Of a stretch of DNA of 64,000 bases, positions 27,314 to 40,400 are shown in pieces. The notes beneath the pieces were generated by a model that was not told the DNA's origin, did no database searches, and was given only the letters and a program-made list of their open reading frames with translations. Numbering within the stretch: the stretch's first letter is position 1; each line of letters begins with the position of its first letter. The translations under genes and the position numbers were made by a program. This stretch comes from Lytechinus pictus (taxonomy: Eukaryota). The DNA is taken from the NCBI RefSeq assembly GCF_037042905.1, contig NC_087245.1, positions 33,668,001 through 33,732,000 of the forward strand, in the 5' to 3' direction.

Positions 27314-29576
27314 GTATTTTCAGAATTATTACCCACTATTTTTGAAGTTATAAAGGTTACTGCTGATTGTTCATGAAAGTAATTGACAGGCTATTACAAT
27401 TTATCCAGAATATTCCCCAATGTTCTAGGATAGAAAGTGATTTTGATAGAATGCATATCTGTTTATGATAAACACCATTTGCGTCACTCCGAACATGAGC
27501 TTTGGGGGACACAATCTATTGCCGCCATACCTCATTGTATTGCTATGAGCACCACCCCTCTCTCCTCTATTGTTACGTTCTTTCACGCTGGCAAGTTTCA
27601 TTGATGACCTGTTTATTTATTGTACATTCATAAACGTTGCAAGCATTATTTATCAATAATTTTTATCACGTCGTGGAAATTTGGTAGCCGTATAGATTAT
27701 TTCATTTTAAGTACCTTTTTAAAAGAAAGTTTGATAATAATTACGTTTAAACAAATAAAAGTGGCAATATTTCTTACCAAATTAATAAAGATAACATTAT
27801 TTGTTTATTTCATTCAAAATATAACAAAAAGATTACAAATACTTTGGTATCAATGGAAATATTTATTAAGGAAACCCTGCACTTAATAATCTGAGCGCGA
27901 AGAACGAACTCAAATATTTTCCACACTGACCTAAAAAATTTATTTTTGTATGAACTCAATTGTCTCAATAACCAAACTACGGGTGCAGAAAGCGCGAGCT
28001 GAAAATAATCAGTATTCACACCTAAAACTGAAGATTTTAAGCACGTTTAGAAATGACTAACATTATCCGAATCTCTTTAAACATGTTAGATAGATCATGA
28101 GAGCGCGAAGCGCGAGCTGAAATTCTATATTGGCCTACACTAATCAGAAAACTTTTTTTAAGCACTACATCTAAAAACCACGAAGGGGATACGGATGTCA
28201 GTAAATGAATATGCAAGCAGAAAATGTCGGGTATATTTTGGAGATAAAAATACCTAGAAAATGGACATTTAACCCACTTGTGTAATCATTAAAAGAGACC
28301 TTATCTAATTAAACAGTTAATGTGGGCGCAAAGGGCTATTTTTCCGAAATACTGACGACTGCCGTTACATGGTTACCGCATAATAGAATGGAACAATGGC
28401 ACTACAGATCAGTTAAATAAATTCATAAAAACATACCTTTCAACCTTTTCAATTAGTCATTTCCATTTCATCCTTTTTGTATTATGTATTTGTACTGTAT
28501 TTATGTATTTTGATGTGTAGGCCTAATGCTTGTAAACAGTGTGATATACATGTAGTTTTTTTTACTAAAAAGAGCGTACTAAATGCTGGTAATTCTTAAA
28601 AAATGAAAATTTCGTAGACTGTTTCTGTTATTCAGAGCGAAAAACAGAACAATTTTACCAATTAATGAAATCATAAACAGGTTATGTATGTCACTAAATA
28701 GATAATGCAAGCGGGAAGTGCGAACTGTGATTTCTCATACTGCATGACCCGTAAAGGCGAGTTGTAAGTATTATTTGATATGTGAAAAATATGATGCGGA
28801 TATGTTTGCCAGTAAAGAAATCTCTATGCAAAACTTGCGTTTTGGGGAGAAGTGCATGGCATATTGCGTACCATTTCCTTAATATTTCCATGTGACGTGT
28901 TTCCTTGCCCCCCCCCCCCCTCCCCCGTGTGACGCCCTAATTGTTTAACAAAATATCAATGATTTCATCAATCAATGGAAATGACGTTTTTATCAAAAGA
29001 AAAAAAAAAGGCAGATACTTAAAACCGGGGGAGGGGGGGGGCAGTCAAATACATTGCTGTACACATGCATGACCCTCCCCCCCCTCCCCCCCCCCCAAAA
29101 AAAAAAAAAAAAAAAAAACGCGTTTAAAGGGGTGTTTTTCGGTTTTGGACGCGGGCCGCGCGTGCACTCGTTAATGGTATCAAAAACACCAATTTTCAAG
29201 AAAAAGAGTGGTTCTGAAAGACTGGTCAATGGTCAATCGTGGGGTCGAACGTATTTAGGGTATTTTTCCAAACCTTCTTTTTTTTCAAGACTAGCCAAAC
29301 TTGCCTAGGGTATGTTTTTCCCCAAGCTTTTTCCCCGCGGGGTAATAATTCTGGCGACAACTTGTTTAGGTGCCAAAATGTGTAGAAAAGGCCCGCGAAA
29401 AGCCGTTTAGGGGGCTATTTTGCACACTGAGAAAACAACTTGTTTAGGGGGTGTTTGGAAATAATTAGGTTACGCATGTGAACAGCAATACATATGACTG
29501 CCCCCCCCCCCGGCACTTAAAAGATGGATGATAACGTAGTCCCAGACTAGTCCTTATTGGTGTCTATTGCATTTAG

Positions 29577-29882
29577 TGCGACTGGTTAATGGACGTGATT
29601 CATACGAAGGAAGAATTGAGGTTTACGCCAACGGAGGATGGGGTACTGTATGTGATGATCGGTGGGATGATACAGATGCTACAGTTGTTTGTCAAAGTCG
29701 CGGCAGTGAGTCTGGAACAGCACGCACTAACGCTTACTTCGGAGAAGGCTCAGGTGATATCCTGCTCGATGATGTTATTTGTGATGGAGATGAATCTTCT
29801 CTTCTGGAATGTTCTAATCCTGGAATCGGCGTTCATAACTGTGGACACTCTGAGGATGCAGGAGTCACTTGTTCACCAACAG
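29577..29882 (+). CDS. SRCR gene: SRCR domain 2
   Basis: 306 nt, phase 1-1; same as domain 1 except CTG>CGG (L>R). Confidence 0.93.
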
Positions 29883-31146
29883 GTATTTTCAGAATTATTA
29901 CCCACTATTTTTGAAGTTATAAAGGTTACTGCTGATTGTTCATGAAAGTAATTGACAGGCTATTACAATTTATCCAGAATATTCCCCAATGTTCTAGGAT
30001 AGAAAGTGATTTTGATAGAATGCATATCTGTTTATGATAAACACCATTTGCGTCACTCCGAACATGAGCTTTGGGGGACACAATCTATTGCCGCCATACC
30101 TCATTGTATTGCTATGAGCACCACCCCTCTCTCCTCTATTGTTACGTTCTTTCACGCTGGCAAGTTTCATTGATGACCTGTTTATTTATTGTACATTCAT
30201 AAACGTTGCAAGCATTATTTATCAATAATTTTTATCACGTCGTGGAAATTTGGTAGCCGTATAGATTATTTCCTTTTAAGTACCTTTTTAAAAGAAAGTT
30301 TGATAATAATTACGTTTAAACAAATAAAAGTGGCAATATTTCTTACCAAATTTAATAAAGATAACATTTTTTGTATTTTATTTGATATATAACAAAAAAG
30401 GTTATGAATACTTAGGTATAAATGAAAATACATCTTAAACCTTATAATCTCAGCGCGAAGAGCGAGCTCATATATTTTCTACACTGACCTAATAAACAGT
30501 CTAATGGCTTTTTGTATGAATTAATCATTACAATAAACATCTCAATAATCAAACGACGGGCGCGGATCGCGCGAGCTGAAAATCCTCAATATTATGACCT
30601 AAAACCGAAGATTTTAAGCACTTTTGAAAATGAAAAACATTGTCCTTTTCTATTTAGATATATCATGCGAGCGCGAAGCACGAGCTGAAATTCTATATTG
30701 GCCTACGCTAATCAGAAAAAAATCTTTTGAAGCACTACATCTAAAAACCACGAAGAGGATACGGATGTCAGTAAATGAATATGCCAGCACAAAGTGCCAG
30801 ATATATTTTGGAGATAGACAGATTTAAAAAATTGATATTTAACCCACTTATGTACTCATGAAAAGAGAGCTTATCTAATTGAACAATTAATGTGGGCGCA
30901 AAGCAAGGGCTATATTTTTCGAAATAATGACGACTTACGTTACATAGTTACCGCATATATAGAATGGAACAGTGACATTACAGATCAGTTAAATAAATTC
31001 ATAAAAATATCTCTTTTTTCAATTAGTCATTTCCATTTCATCTCTTTGTATTATGTATTTGTACTGTACTTATGTATTTCGTTGTTTAATGCTTGTAAAC
31101 GGTGTGATATATTTTACTTAAAAGAGCGTACTAAACGCTGTAAATT

Positions 31147-31885
31147 ATAATGGTTAGTCGCGTGCATTTGAGTGTCCGAAAGTCCACACACACAGCTTCA
31201 ACACAGGGAACAGTGTTTTCATAAACGTAATATTGCAGAAATCCGGGTACATCTTCATAACTATTAATAATCTCACACCAGATTGCTAATGGTGTGAAAA
31301 TTTTATTACAATTTATTCACTATTTACGTCTCGCTATTCATTTGAAAGTGTCAATGTTCACAACTCTTGCTATGGCAAACATTGTGACCACCCATATTTT
31401 CAAGACACTGGCACCTTTGTTTTCCCACTGGAATATCCCTAAGGGTAAAAAAGGTCGAGATTGATTGTTATCTTAATGCTAAATAGATTACCTACAGTTT
31501 GATGTATAATATTTTATGACTGGTATAATGGTTACATCTCATTTTTCTCCCAAACTTTTAGATCGAGCAGGCAGAACGTGGCACATTTCTGTGTACAGCG
31601 TCACGTGACTGACGTATGATAGTTTCCGTTGCTGGACCCTTTTCATTTAAAACAATTAATACAGTCCAAATAAACTGAATTAACGCATTTAATGTTGAAA
31701 GTAACAATGTTCATGTACCATAAAGCTTTGCCTACTGATATTTATAATATAGCTACAGTTTGAGGAAGCAAATATCGAGTCCGGAATTGATTTTGATTTG
31801 CAACAGGGTCTGCGCAAGTATACTATATACTAGCAGGCTATCAACGTAAACCAAATGAACGAACATGACCGAAACTAACCATTAT
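31147..31885. mobile_element. Unclassified insertion with 12-bp TIRs
   Basis: ATAATGGTTAGT ... ACTAACCATTAT; interrupts intron sequence that is continuous in the paralogous copies (about 26030 and 28590). Confidence 0.7.
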
Positions 31886-31983
31886 GTCTTGTAAATTGAA
31901 AATTTCGAAGACTGTTTTTAGTAATCAATCGCGAGGATACATATCTCACTAGTCAAATTAAGCGAGTGGGATGCGCGTACTGA

Positions 31984-32925
31984 TTTTTGTCTCACCTGCA
32001 TAGCAGAGTGAGATTATAGGCGCCGCTTTTCCGACGGCGGCGGCGGCGTCAACACCAAATCTTAACCTAAGGTTAAGTTTTTGAAATGACAGCATAACTT
32101 ATAAAGTATATGGAGCTAGTTCATGAAACTTGACCATAAGGTTAATCAAGTATTACCTAATATTCTGCCTGAGTTTCATGTCACATGACCAAGGTCAAAG
32201 GTCATTTAGGGTCAATGAATTTAGACCATGTTGGGGAATCAACATCAAAATCTTAACCTAAGTTTAAGTTTTTGAAATGTCATCATAACTTTAAAAGTTT
32301 ATAGATCTGATTCATGAAACTTAGACATAATAGTAATCAAGTATTACTGAAAATCCTGTGCAAGTTTCAGGTCACACGATTAAGGTCAGAGGTCATTTAG
32401 GGTCAATGAACTTTGGCCAAATTGGGGGTATTTGTTGAATTACCATCATAACTTTGAAAGGATGTTTGGCTAGTTCATGAAACTTGGACATAAGAGTAAT
32501 CATGTTTCACTGAACATCCTGTGCGCATTTTAGGTCACATGACCAAGGTCAAAGGTCAATGAACTTTGGCCATAATGGGGGTATCTGTTGAATTACCATC
32601 ATAACTTTGAAAGTTTATGAATCTGACTCGTGAAACCTGGATATAAGAGTTATCAAGTATCACTGAACATCCTGTGCGAGTTGCAGGTCACATGATCAAT
32701 GTCAAAGGTCGTGTAAGGTCAATGAACTATGGCCATGTTGGGGGTGTTTGTTGAATCACCAACATATCTCTGTAAGTGTATTGGTCTAGTTCATAAAACG
32801 TGGAAATAAGAGTAACCAAGTATCACTGAACATCTTGTGTGAGTTATAGTAGTTTTCAAAGTCAGCACTGCAGCTATATTGAATCGCGTAATGCAGGTGA
32901 GACCGCCAGAGGCATTCCACTTGTT
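31984..32925 (+). mobile_element. Helentron-associated interspersed element (HINE/DINE-like)
   Basis: T-run start; subterminal inverted repeat GTCTCACCTGCAT (31989-32001) / ATGCAGGTGAGAC (32891-32903); 5' hairpin; (GGC)n; internal tandem units containing GTCACATGACCAAGGTCAAAGGTCA; CTTGTT end; no TSD. Confidence 0.8.
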
Positions 32926-33366
32926 GTTTTTATTCATAGCGAAAAACAAAACACTTTCACCAATTTTTGGAATCATAAACAGGTTGTGCATGTCGCTAAA
33001 ATAATAGATAATTCAAGCGCGAAGTGCGAACTGCAATTTCTCGTACTGCATGACCCGGAAAGGCGATTTGTAAGTATTATTTGACATGTAAAAAATATCA
33101 TGCGGATGTGTTTGCCAGTAAATATATCTAAATCTATTTTAAGCGACGTGTCCACTTGCCCCCCTCCCCGTCCCCCGTGTGACGCCCTAACTATCAAAAA
33201 GTTATCACTAATTCCATCAATTAATAAAAATGACGTTCATGTTAAAAGAGAAAATGGCAGATTTCGCACAAAAAATAAGGATACTTATACGTTGGATGAT
33301 AGCTGAGTCCCAGACTATAGTGTTGATGCACTCTGCGTGCTTTATTTTGGTGTCTCTTTCATTTAG

Positions 33367-33672
33367 TACGACTGGTCGATGGAAGTGCTTCAAACGAAGG
33401 AAGAATTGAGGTTTACGCCAACGGAGGATGGGGTACTGTATGTGATGATTCGTGGGATGATACAGATGCTACAGTTGTCTGTCAAAGTCTCGGCTTTGAG
33501 TCTGGAACAGCACGCACTAACGCTCACTTCGGACAAGGTTCTGGTGATATCTTGCTAGATGATGTATCTTGTGATGGAGATGAAACTTCTCTTCTTGAAT
33601 GTTCTAATCCTGGAATCGGCGTTCATAACTGTGGACACTCTGAGGATGCGGGAGTCACTTGTTCACCAACAG
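33367..33672 (+). CDS. SRCR gene: SRCR domain 3 (not in the ORF track)
   Basis: Manual translation [30 protein letters not shown]...[16 protein letters not shown]; open frame, 306 nt, AG/GT boundaries, phase 1-1. Confidence 0.95.
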
Positions 33673-34095
33673 GTATTTCCAGAATTGTTTACCATACTTT
33701 GGAGTTAATAAAAATAAGCTGCTGATAGTTCATGACATTGATTCACTAGCTATTATGATGTATCCAAAATAATCCCCAATGTTCTATAATATAAATTAGT
33801 TTACATTTTCATAGAATGTATATCTGTTTATGATAAATGCCATTGGCGTCATTAGATCCGAACTTGAGTTTTGTGGGACACGACACATTGTTGCGATACC
33901 TCGGTATATTGCTTTGTAAAAAATATAACTAATTCATGAATAGATGGAAATGACGTTTGTATAAAGAGATACAGTAGGTGCAATTTATTAGTATAAAAAA
34001 TCGTTTGAGGGAATACTTCGAAGGTGGATGAAAACTGAGCTACTGACTTTTTGATGCACTCCGTGTGCTTTTTTGGGGGTGTCTATTTCATTTAG

Positions 34096-34401
34096 TGCGG
34101 CTGGTTGATGGAAGTGCTTCAAAAGAAGGAAGAGTTGAGGTCTACGCCAACGGAGGATGGGGAACTGTGTGTGATGATTCGTGGGATGATACAGATGCTA
34201 CAGTTGTTTGTCAAAGTCTCGGCTCTGAGTCTGGAACAGCACGCTCTAACGCTTACTTCGGACAAGGTATAGGTGATATCTTGCTAGATGATGTATCTTG
34301 TGATGGAAGTGAATCTTCTCTTCTGGAATGTTCTAATTCTGGAATCGGCGTTCATAACTGTGGACACTCTGAGGATGCGGGAGTCACATGTTCACCAACA
34401 G
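34096..34401 (+). CDS. SRCR gene: SRCR domain 4
   Basis: 306 nt, TTTAG| ... G|GTACT, 6 Cys. Confidence 0.95.
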
Positions 34402-35491
34402 GTACTTTGAAGTTGATAAAAATAAGGTGATAGTTAATGCAATTAGTTGATTAGCTATTATGATGTGGCCAAAACAATCTGCATTCTAACTTAATCATGA
34501 ACACGATGCGTATTGCTTTATAAAAAAAAACAACTGTTATAGACCTACTCGCCTAAATGGGGACATTTCAAGGACTCTTTGTGGGAATTTAATGAAGATA
34601 ATATGTATCTGGTAATCAAAATGAGAGCGCGTGGCGCGAGCTGTAACTTTTTATGTTTAGTAGTTTTTAAAATCATAAACAGGGAGCCTTACTCGAAACA
34701 AAATTATTATAACTCGAATCATTAACAGAATAATTGTGCATGTTGACTTGAAAATAGAATACAATAAGCCCCTTGGTTTAATATCCTCTTGAGCAGATTG
34801 TTATCTCCATCAAGGCAATGCGATCGCGAAGCTGGAACTTAATTTGTGTTCAATAATGACCCGATCTCCCCCCCCCCCCATTATTCCCCTCACCTTGTTT
34901 TATTCACTTTTCTTCCTCCCCTTATTTTTTCCTCCCTTTTCCCTTCTTTTTTCTTTTTTTTTTCTTTCCGCATTTTTCCTTTTTTGCCCCGCCAATAGGG
35001 GGGGGGGGGGGACAAAACAACTAACATTAGCCCCCCAAGATCACACACGTTGCTGCTGTTGCATTATTGAGTTAATGTAGGCTTTTGCTAGCGGCGCACT
35101 ATATAACTTTATTACGGCGATGGGTACGAGCTTCGATGCACATATGACTAGCTGCTCATGTAATCTAAAGTAGATAAGTATGCGAATAACAAATCTAATT
35201 CTAATAATAGGTCGCCGTACGTTCTCAAAAAAAAAACTCCTCCCCCTCTGCACCCCCTCCCCTGTGACGGCCGCGATAAATGCAATACTATATGATCCGA
35301 AAAAGAGAGTTTTATTTGACATGTAATAAAATTATCATCCGGATGTGTCTGTCAGTAAATAAAACTAAATACAAGGCTTCTATTGTTGGGGATGCACATG
35401 GCCTATTGTGTGTCATACTCTTATTAGTGAGTGTCACATGTCCCCTTGCCCCCCTCCATCAGTGTAACGCATTGTTAAGAATCTATCACTA

Positions 35492-38400
35492 CCCAGGTAA
35501 CAATACAGCGTTGGACCAACGTTGGATCAACGTTGGGATTTTTTTCCCAACGTTGCCTCAACGTTGGCAGGCAAACGTTGCATCATCGATTGAAGTGCAC
35601 GCGCATACATCGTCAGACCAACAACATTTCCAACGTCAGTTCAACGTTGTCTGGCAACGTTGATCCAATGTTGGCTAAATAGTCAAATACAACGTTGCTA
35701 CAACGTTGGCAAGCAACGTTGCATCATCGATAGAAGTACACGTCCATACATCGTCAGACCAACAACATTTCCAACGTCAGTTCAACGTTGTCTACCATCA
35801 ATTCTCCAACGTTGGTCTCATGTCGGCTGAGTCATCAATAACAGCGTGGCTGCAACGTTGATGGGCAACGTTGTAGCAGCGATGGAAGTGCACGCGCATA
35901 CATCGTCAGTCCAACTATGTTTACAACGTTGGTTCAACGCTGTCCAGCAACGATGCTCCAACGTTGTCTGGCAACATTGCTCCAACATTGTTACAACGTT
36001 GTCACAACGTTGCTCCAACAATGCTCCAACATTATTCCAACGTATGACAATAATCAACAAAACATTAATGGGTTTCAAGGTGAAGTCCACCGTTGCAACT
36101 CTACACTCTAGATAATCCTTATCATCATATCTTATCCTATCCTAAAAATCCTACATCCTAATCCTACATCCTATTCCTATCACCCTACACCTATCCACTG
36201 AATCCTGTCATTGATTCCTGTATAAAGAGCAACTTTTCTACACTTGGCAGAATACAGTTAATATCATTTTCCACATTTAACCTTGAAAATTTCCCTTAGA
36301 ATAATATGTTTCGACTATAAATGATATGGTAATGGAGCCACATACTTTTCTGAAACTTTTCATGGTGGAAATTTAGAATAAACATATTCTTTAAGTATTA
36401 TAGCAATATTACCTAATTTTGGTCATTTACTGATGTAATGAATATTCATGAGTGCATAATCATGTCCAGATGAGGCAGGTATGGCAGCGTTGTTCCGATG
36501 TTGGTCCAACGTTGGGTAACGTTGATCCAACGTTGGTCTAATGTTGGTCCAATGTTGATGGAAAGTTGATTCAACGTTAGTCCAATGTTAGTCCAACGTT
36601 GGCGTAAACGTTGATTCAATGTTTGTCTAATATCGGTTCAACGTTGGTGTAACGTTGCTTCTTTGTTGGTCTAATTTTAAACAAATCCAATGATGCGCCA
36701 TTTCCATAAGTTTTCAACACTGTGCCATCATCATCTGTAACCTGTTCATGATTCTGTCAAAAAACATTACAACTATTATTACAACTATTCATTTCTTTTC
36801 ATTCTTTCTGAACATTACAAGAATCAAGAGAATTACGTGTGATATTTATTGAGGCCTTTGTAGCATTTAAACATTTTTGACATCCTCTTTTTCTCAAACA
36901 AGACTAATACCAAACATAGGCATATGTAATAAGAATTAAGATGTATTACATTTTCTTGCGAGTTGCAATCTCTGTTTCTGTCTACAATTGTTTGATGACT
37001 TGGTATGCAATGCCAATTGCAACGTCAGTAATCATCACAAAAACTCACATGTGTAATTGCAGTCTCTCAGTATTTACAAAATCTAAAAAGGAGGTCGCGT
37101 AACTTGGCCCAGAGTAACGTAGCTACTGCCTGCTGTAACTTAAGAGCGCCTCTTTTTTATTAAGATAGAAGTCAACTGAGATCTCAATATGCAAGGCCAT
37201 AGCCTAGTCTCGCTCATGCCATAACTCTTAAATGATATTTCAGCGTTAAGTGTCTAAGCATGCCTCACGTAGCACCTACAGGTTTGACTGCAGTTGGAAA
37301 ACACTCCGTCTAGGCTAGGCCAGGCACGACCGACCAGGTCAATTCTTCAAGGCAGCGTATATTATAATAAATAAGGCAGGAATGCCAGGAAGCAAGTCAT
37401 TGGGTGATTTCAAGTACGGCCGGTGTTCGGTGTTGAGAGCGTGAAAGGGCTGCTGAACTGAGCTCCAATTACACCGAGTGTAATATTTTTTCATTAAAAT
37501 GTATTAAAACTCTAATAATTTGCTCTCATTTTATCTGTAAAAGATAATTTTACGGGGATGGTTCGTTGTGTTCGCCCCCTGTCCGTAAGCTACAGGAGGC
37601 CACTCATTCAATGAACAAGGTTATGATATAAGGAGGCAGTGCAGTGACTGGTGTTAAGTACTTACACGAAAATAGTAGCGTCGGACTGTATGCACACAGA
37701 AGCTGACTCCGGGATCTTTCGGAGGGGATCAACAGTTGCAGTTACCGACTATCTGCAAGTGCAAAGAAAACTTCACTGTAGTTTGTAGGTCCTAAATATG
37801 CAGCTTATTAGTACTGTGCCAGATCACTAGATATTCGGGAATTTAATTGTCTTTATCCAGTTCAAATTCTGCCAGATTCTTCAAGTTCAAAATTGAAGGA
37901 AGCAGACTACACAGAAGAAGGAGTCTGACGTCGACGCGTCGCGACTAATTCTGCGCATCAGAATAGTATGGTATTTTTAAATAGGCACATTTGATGCTTG
38001 TATTTCCTTCAATTTCTTCTAGCTATGTGCAGTAGGCCTATATCTCGTACTTACTGTGAGAGGCCTAGCCAGCTGCAAAGGACGAGGGCGTTTCTGGAAA
38101 TTCTGGTCTTGAACTGCATTTGTTTTCTTGTTTTTCTCCTTTATTTTCTATATATTAATCGACACATTTTCAGCCCCCGGTAGCCTGATCTATTCTATCC
38201 CGTCTTTATTTTTGTTTTCCCCTTTAAATTCCTCTTTACCTTCCCATTATTTTCCTTCTCTCTCGATTTCTTTTCCCCTTATTGCTGGGAGGATACAAGG
38301 GTGACATATAGACAAGCAAACTTACTTGATGCCCCCCCCCCGGCCCCATTGGATTTTATGCGAGTAGTTGTCGTCTGTATATCAATTCTCCAATGAACCA

Positions 38401-39740
38401 GTTCTGTTAATTCTCAACACTGTATATTATGCCGGGATATTATGTTGACTGTCAAACAAATATCCACCAAACTATATTTTCCAACATTGTGTCAATGTTA
38501 ACTGTCAACAATTCTCCAATAAACTAGTTTCCAATGTTGTCAACGTTGTGCCATTGTCGGTTGTTCAACAACTCTCCATCGAACTAGTTTCCAACATTGT
38601 CAACATTGTGCCATTTTCGGCTGTTCAGTAGCTATCTAATCAAACATGTTTCCAACGTTGTGCCATTATCGACTGTCCAACAAATCTCCAATAAACTAGT
38701 TTCCAACGTTGTCCACGTTGTGCCATTTTCCGTTGTTCAACAACTCTCCATCTAACTAGTTTCCAGCTTAATTGTCAACATTGTACTCATTGTCGACTAT
38801 CCAACTAATCTCCAACCTACCATTTTCCAACATTGTGCCATTGTCGACCGTCCAACAAATCTCCAACACACTAGTTTCCAACCTTGTGTCATCGTCGACT
38901 ATCCAACTGATCTCCAACCTGCCAGTTTCCAACGTTGTGCCAGTGTCAGTTGTTCAACAACTTTCCATCGAACTAGTTTCTAGCTTTGTCAACGTTGTGT
39001 CATTGTCGACTATCCAACTAATCTCCAACCTACCATTTTCCAACATTGTGCCATTGTCGACCGTCCAACAAATCTCCAACACACTAGTTTCCAACGTTGT
39101 GCCATCGTCGACTATCCAACAAATCTCCATAAAACCAGTTTCCAACTTTGTCAACGTTGTGCCATTGTCGGTTGATCAACAACTTTCCATCGAACTAGTT
39201 TCCAACCTTGCCAACGTTGTGTCATCATCGACTATCCAACTGATCTCCAACCTACCAGTTTACAACGTTGTGCCAGTGTCAATTGTCCAACAAATTTCCA
39301 ACACACTAGTTTCCAACGTTGTGTCATTGTCGACGATCCAACTAATCTCCAACTTACTAGTTTCCAACGTTGTGCCATTGTCGACCGTCCAACAAATCTC
39401 CAATAAACAAGTTTTCAACTTTGTCAACGTTGTGCCATTGTCGGTTGTTCAACAACTTTCCATCGAACTAGTTTCCAACGTTTCCAACATTGTGCCTTTG
39501 CTGGCTGTTCAACAACTATCCAATCAAACGTGTTACCAACGTTGTGACATTGTCGACTGTCCAACAACTCTCCAACTAACAAGTTTCCAACGTTGCCAAC
39601 GTCGTGTCATTGTTGATTGTCCATCATCTTTCCATCAAACTAGTTTCCAACGTCGATTCAACGTAAATCCATCAAGTTTTTCCAACGTCCAACGACTTTC
39701 AAGTTTCCAACGTAGAGCCAACGTTGGCTTGTTACCTGGG
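35492..39740. mobile_element. 4.25-kb non-autonomous DNA transposon (CCCAG termini, TA TSD; possibly CMC/EnSpm-type)
   Basis: TIR CCCAGGTAACAA / TTGTTACCTGGG with TA on both sides; long subterminal CAACGTTG-based arrays; the empty site TATCACTAATT matches the paralogous intron at about 33204. Confidence 0.88.
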
Positions 39741-39896
39741 TAATTTAATCAATAGATGAAAAAGACGTTTTTATTAATAGAGAAAGTGGTATTGTATTCT
39801 CACCAAAAAAGGAAGAAAGAAAGAAAAAAAAAGAGACCCCCCCAAAAAAATATATTTGGGGGATACTTCGAAGGTGGATGAAAACTGAGCAACTGA

Positions 39897-40400
<504 letters not shown>

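Larger units (their letters stand above)
25791..30367 (+). repeat. Recent tandem duplication (period about 2.57 kb) carrying SRCR domains 1 and 2
   Basis: 25791-27797 is nearly identical to 28353-30367; identical spurious ORFs at 26137 and 28694. Confidence 0.95.

Noticed and set aside
27020..27376. 118-aa overlapping ORF (also at 29589 and 39955)
   Set aside because: Alternative frame of the SRCR exons; repeated only because the exons are duplicated.
38772..39743. 323-aa Ser/Val/Asn-rich ORF
   Set aside because: Lies entirely in the subterminal repeat arm of a transposon and ends at its TIR; non-ATG start.
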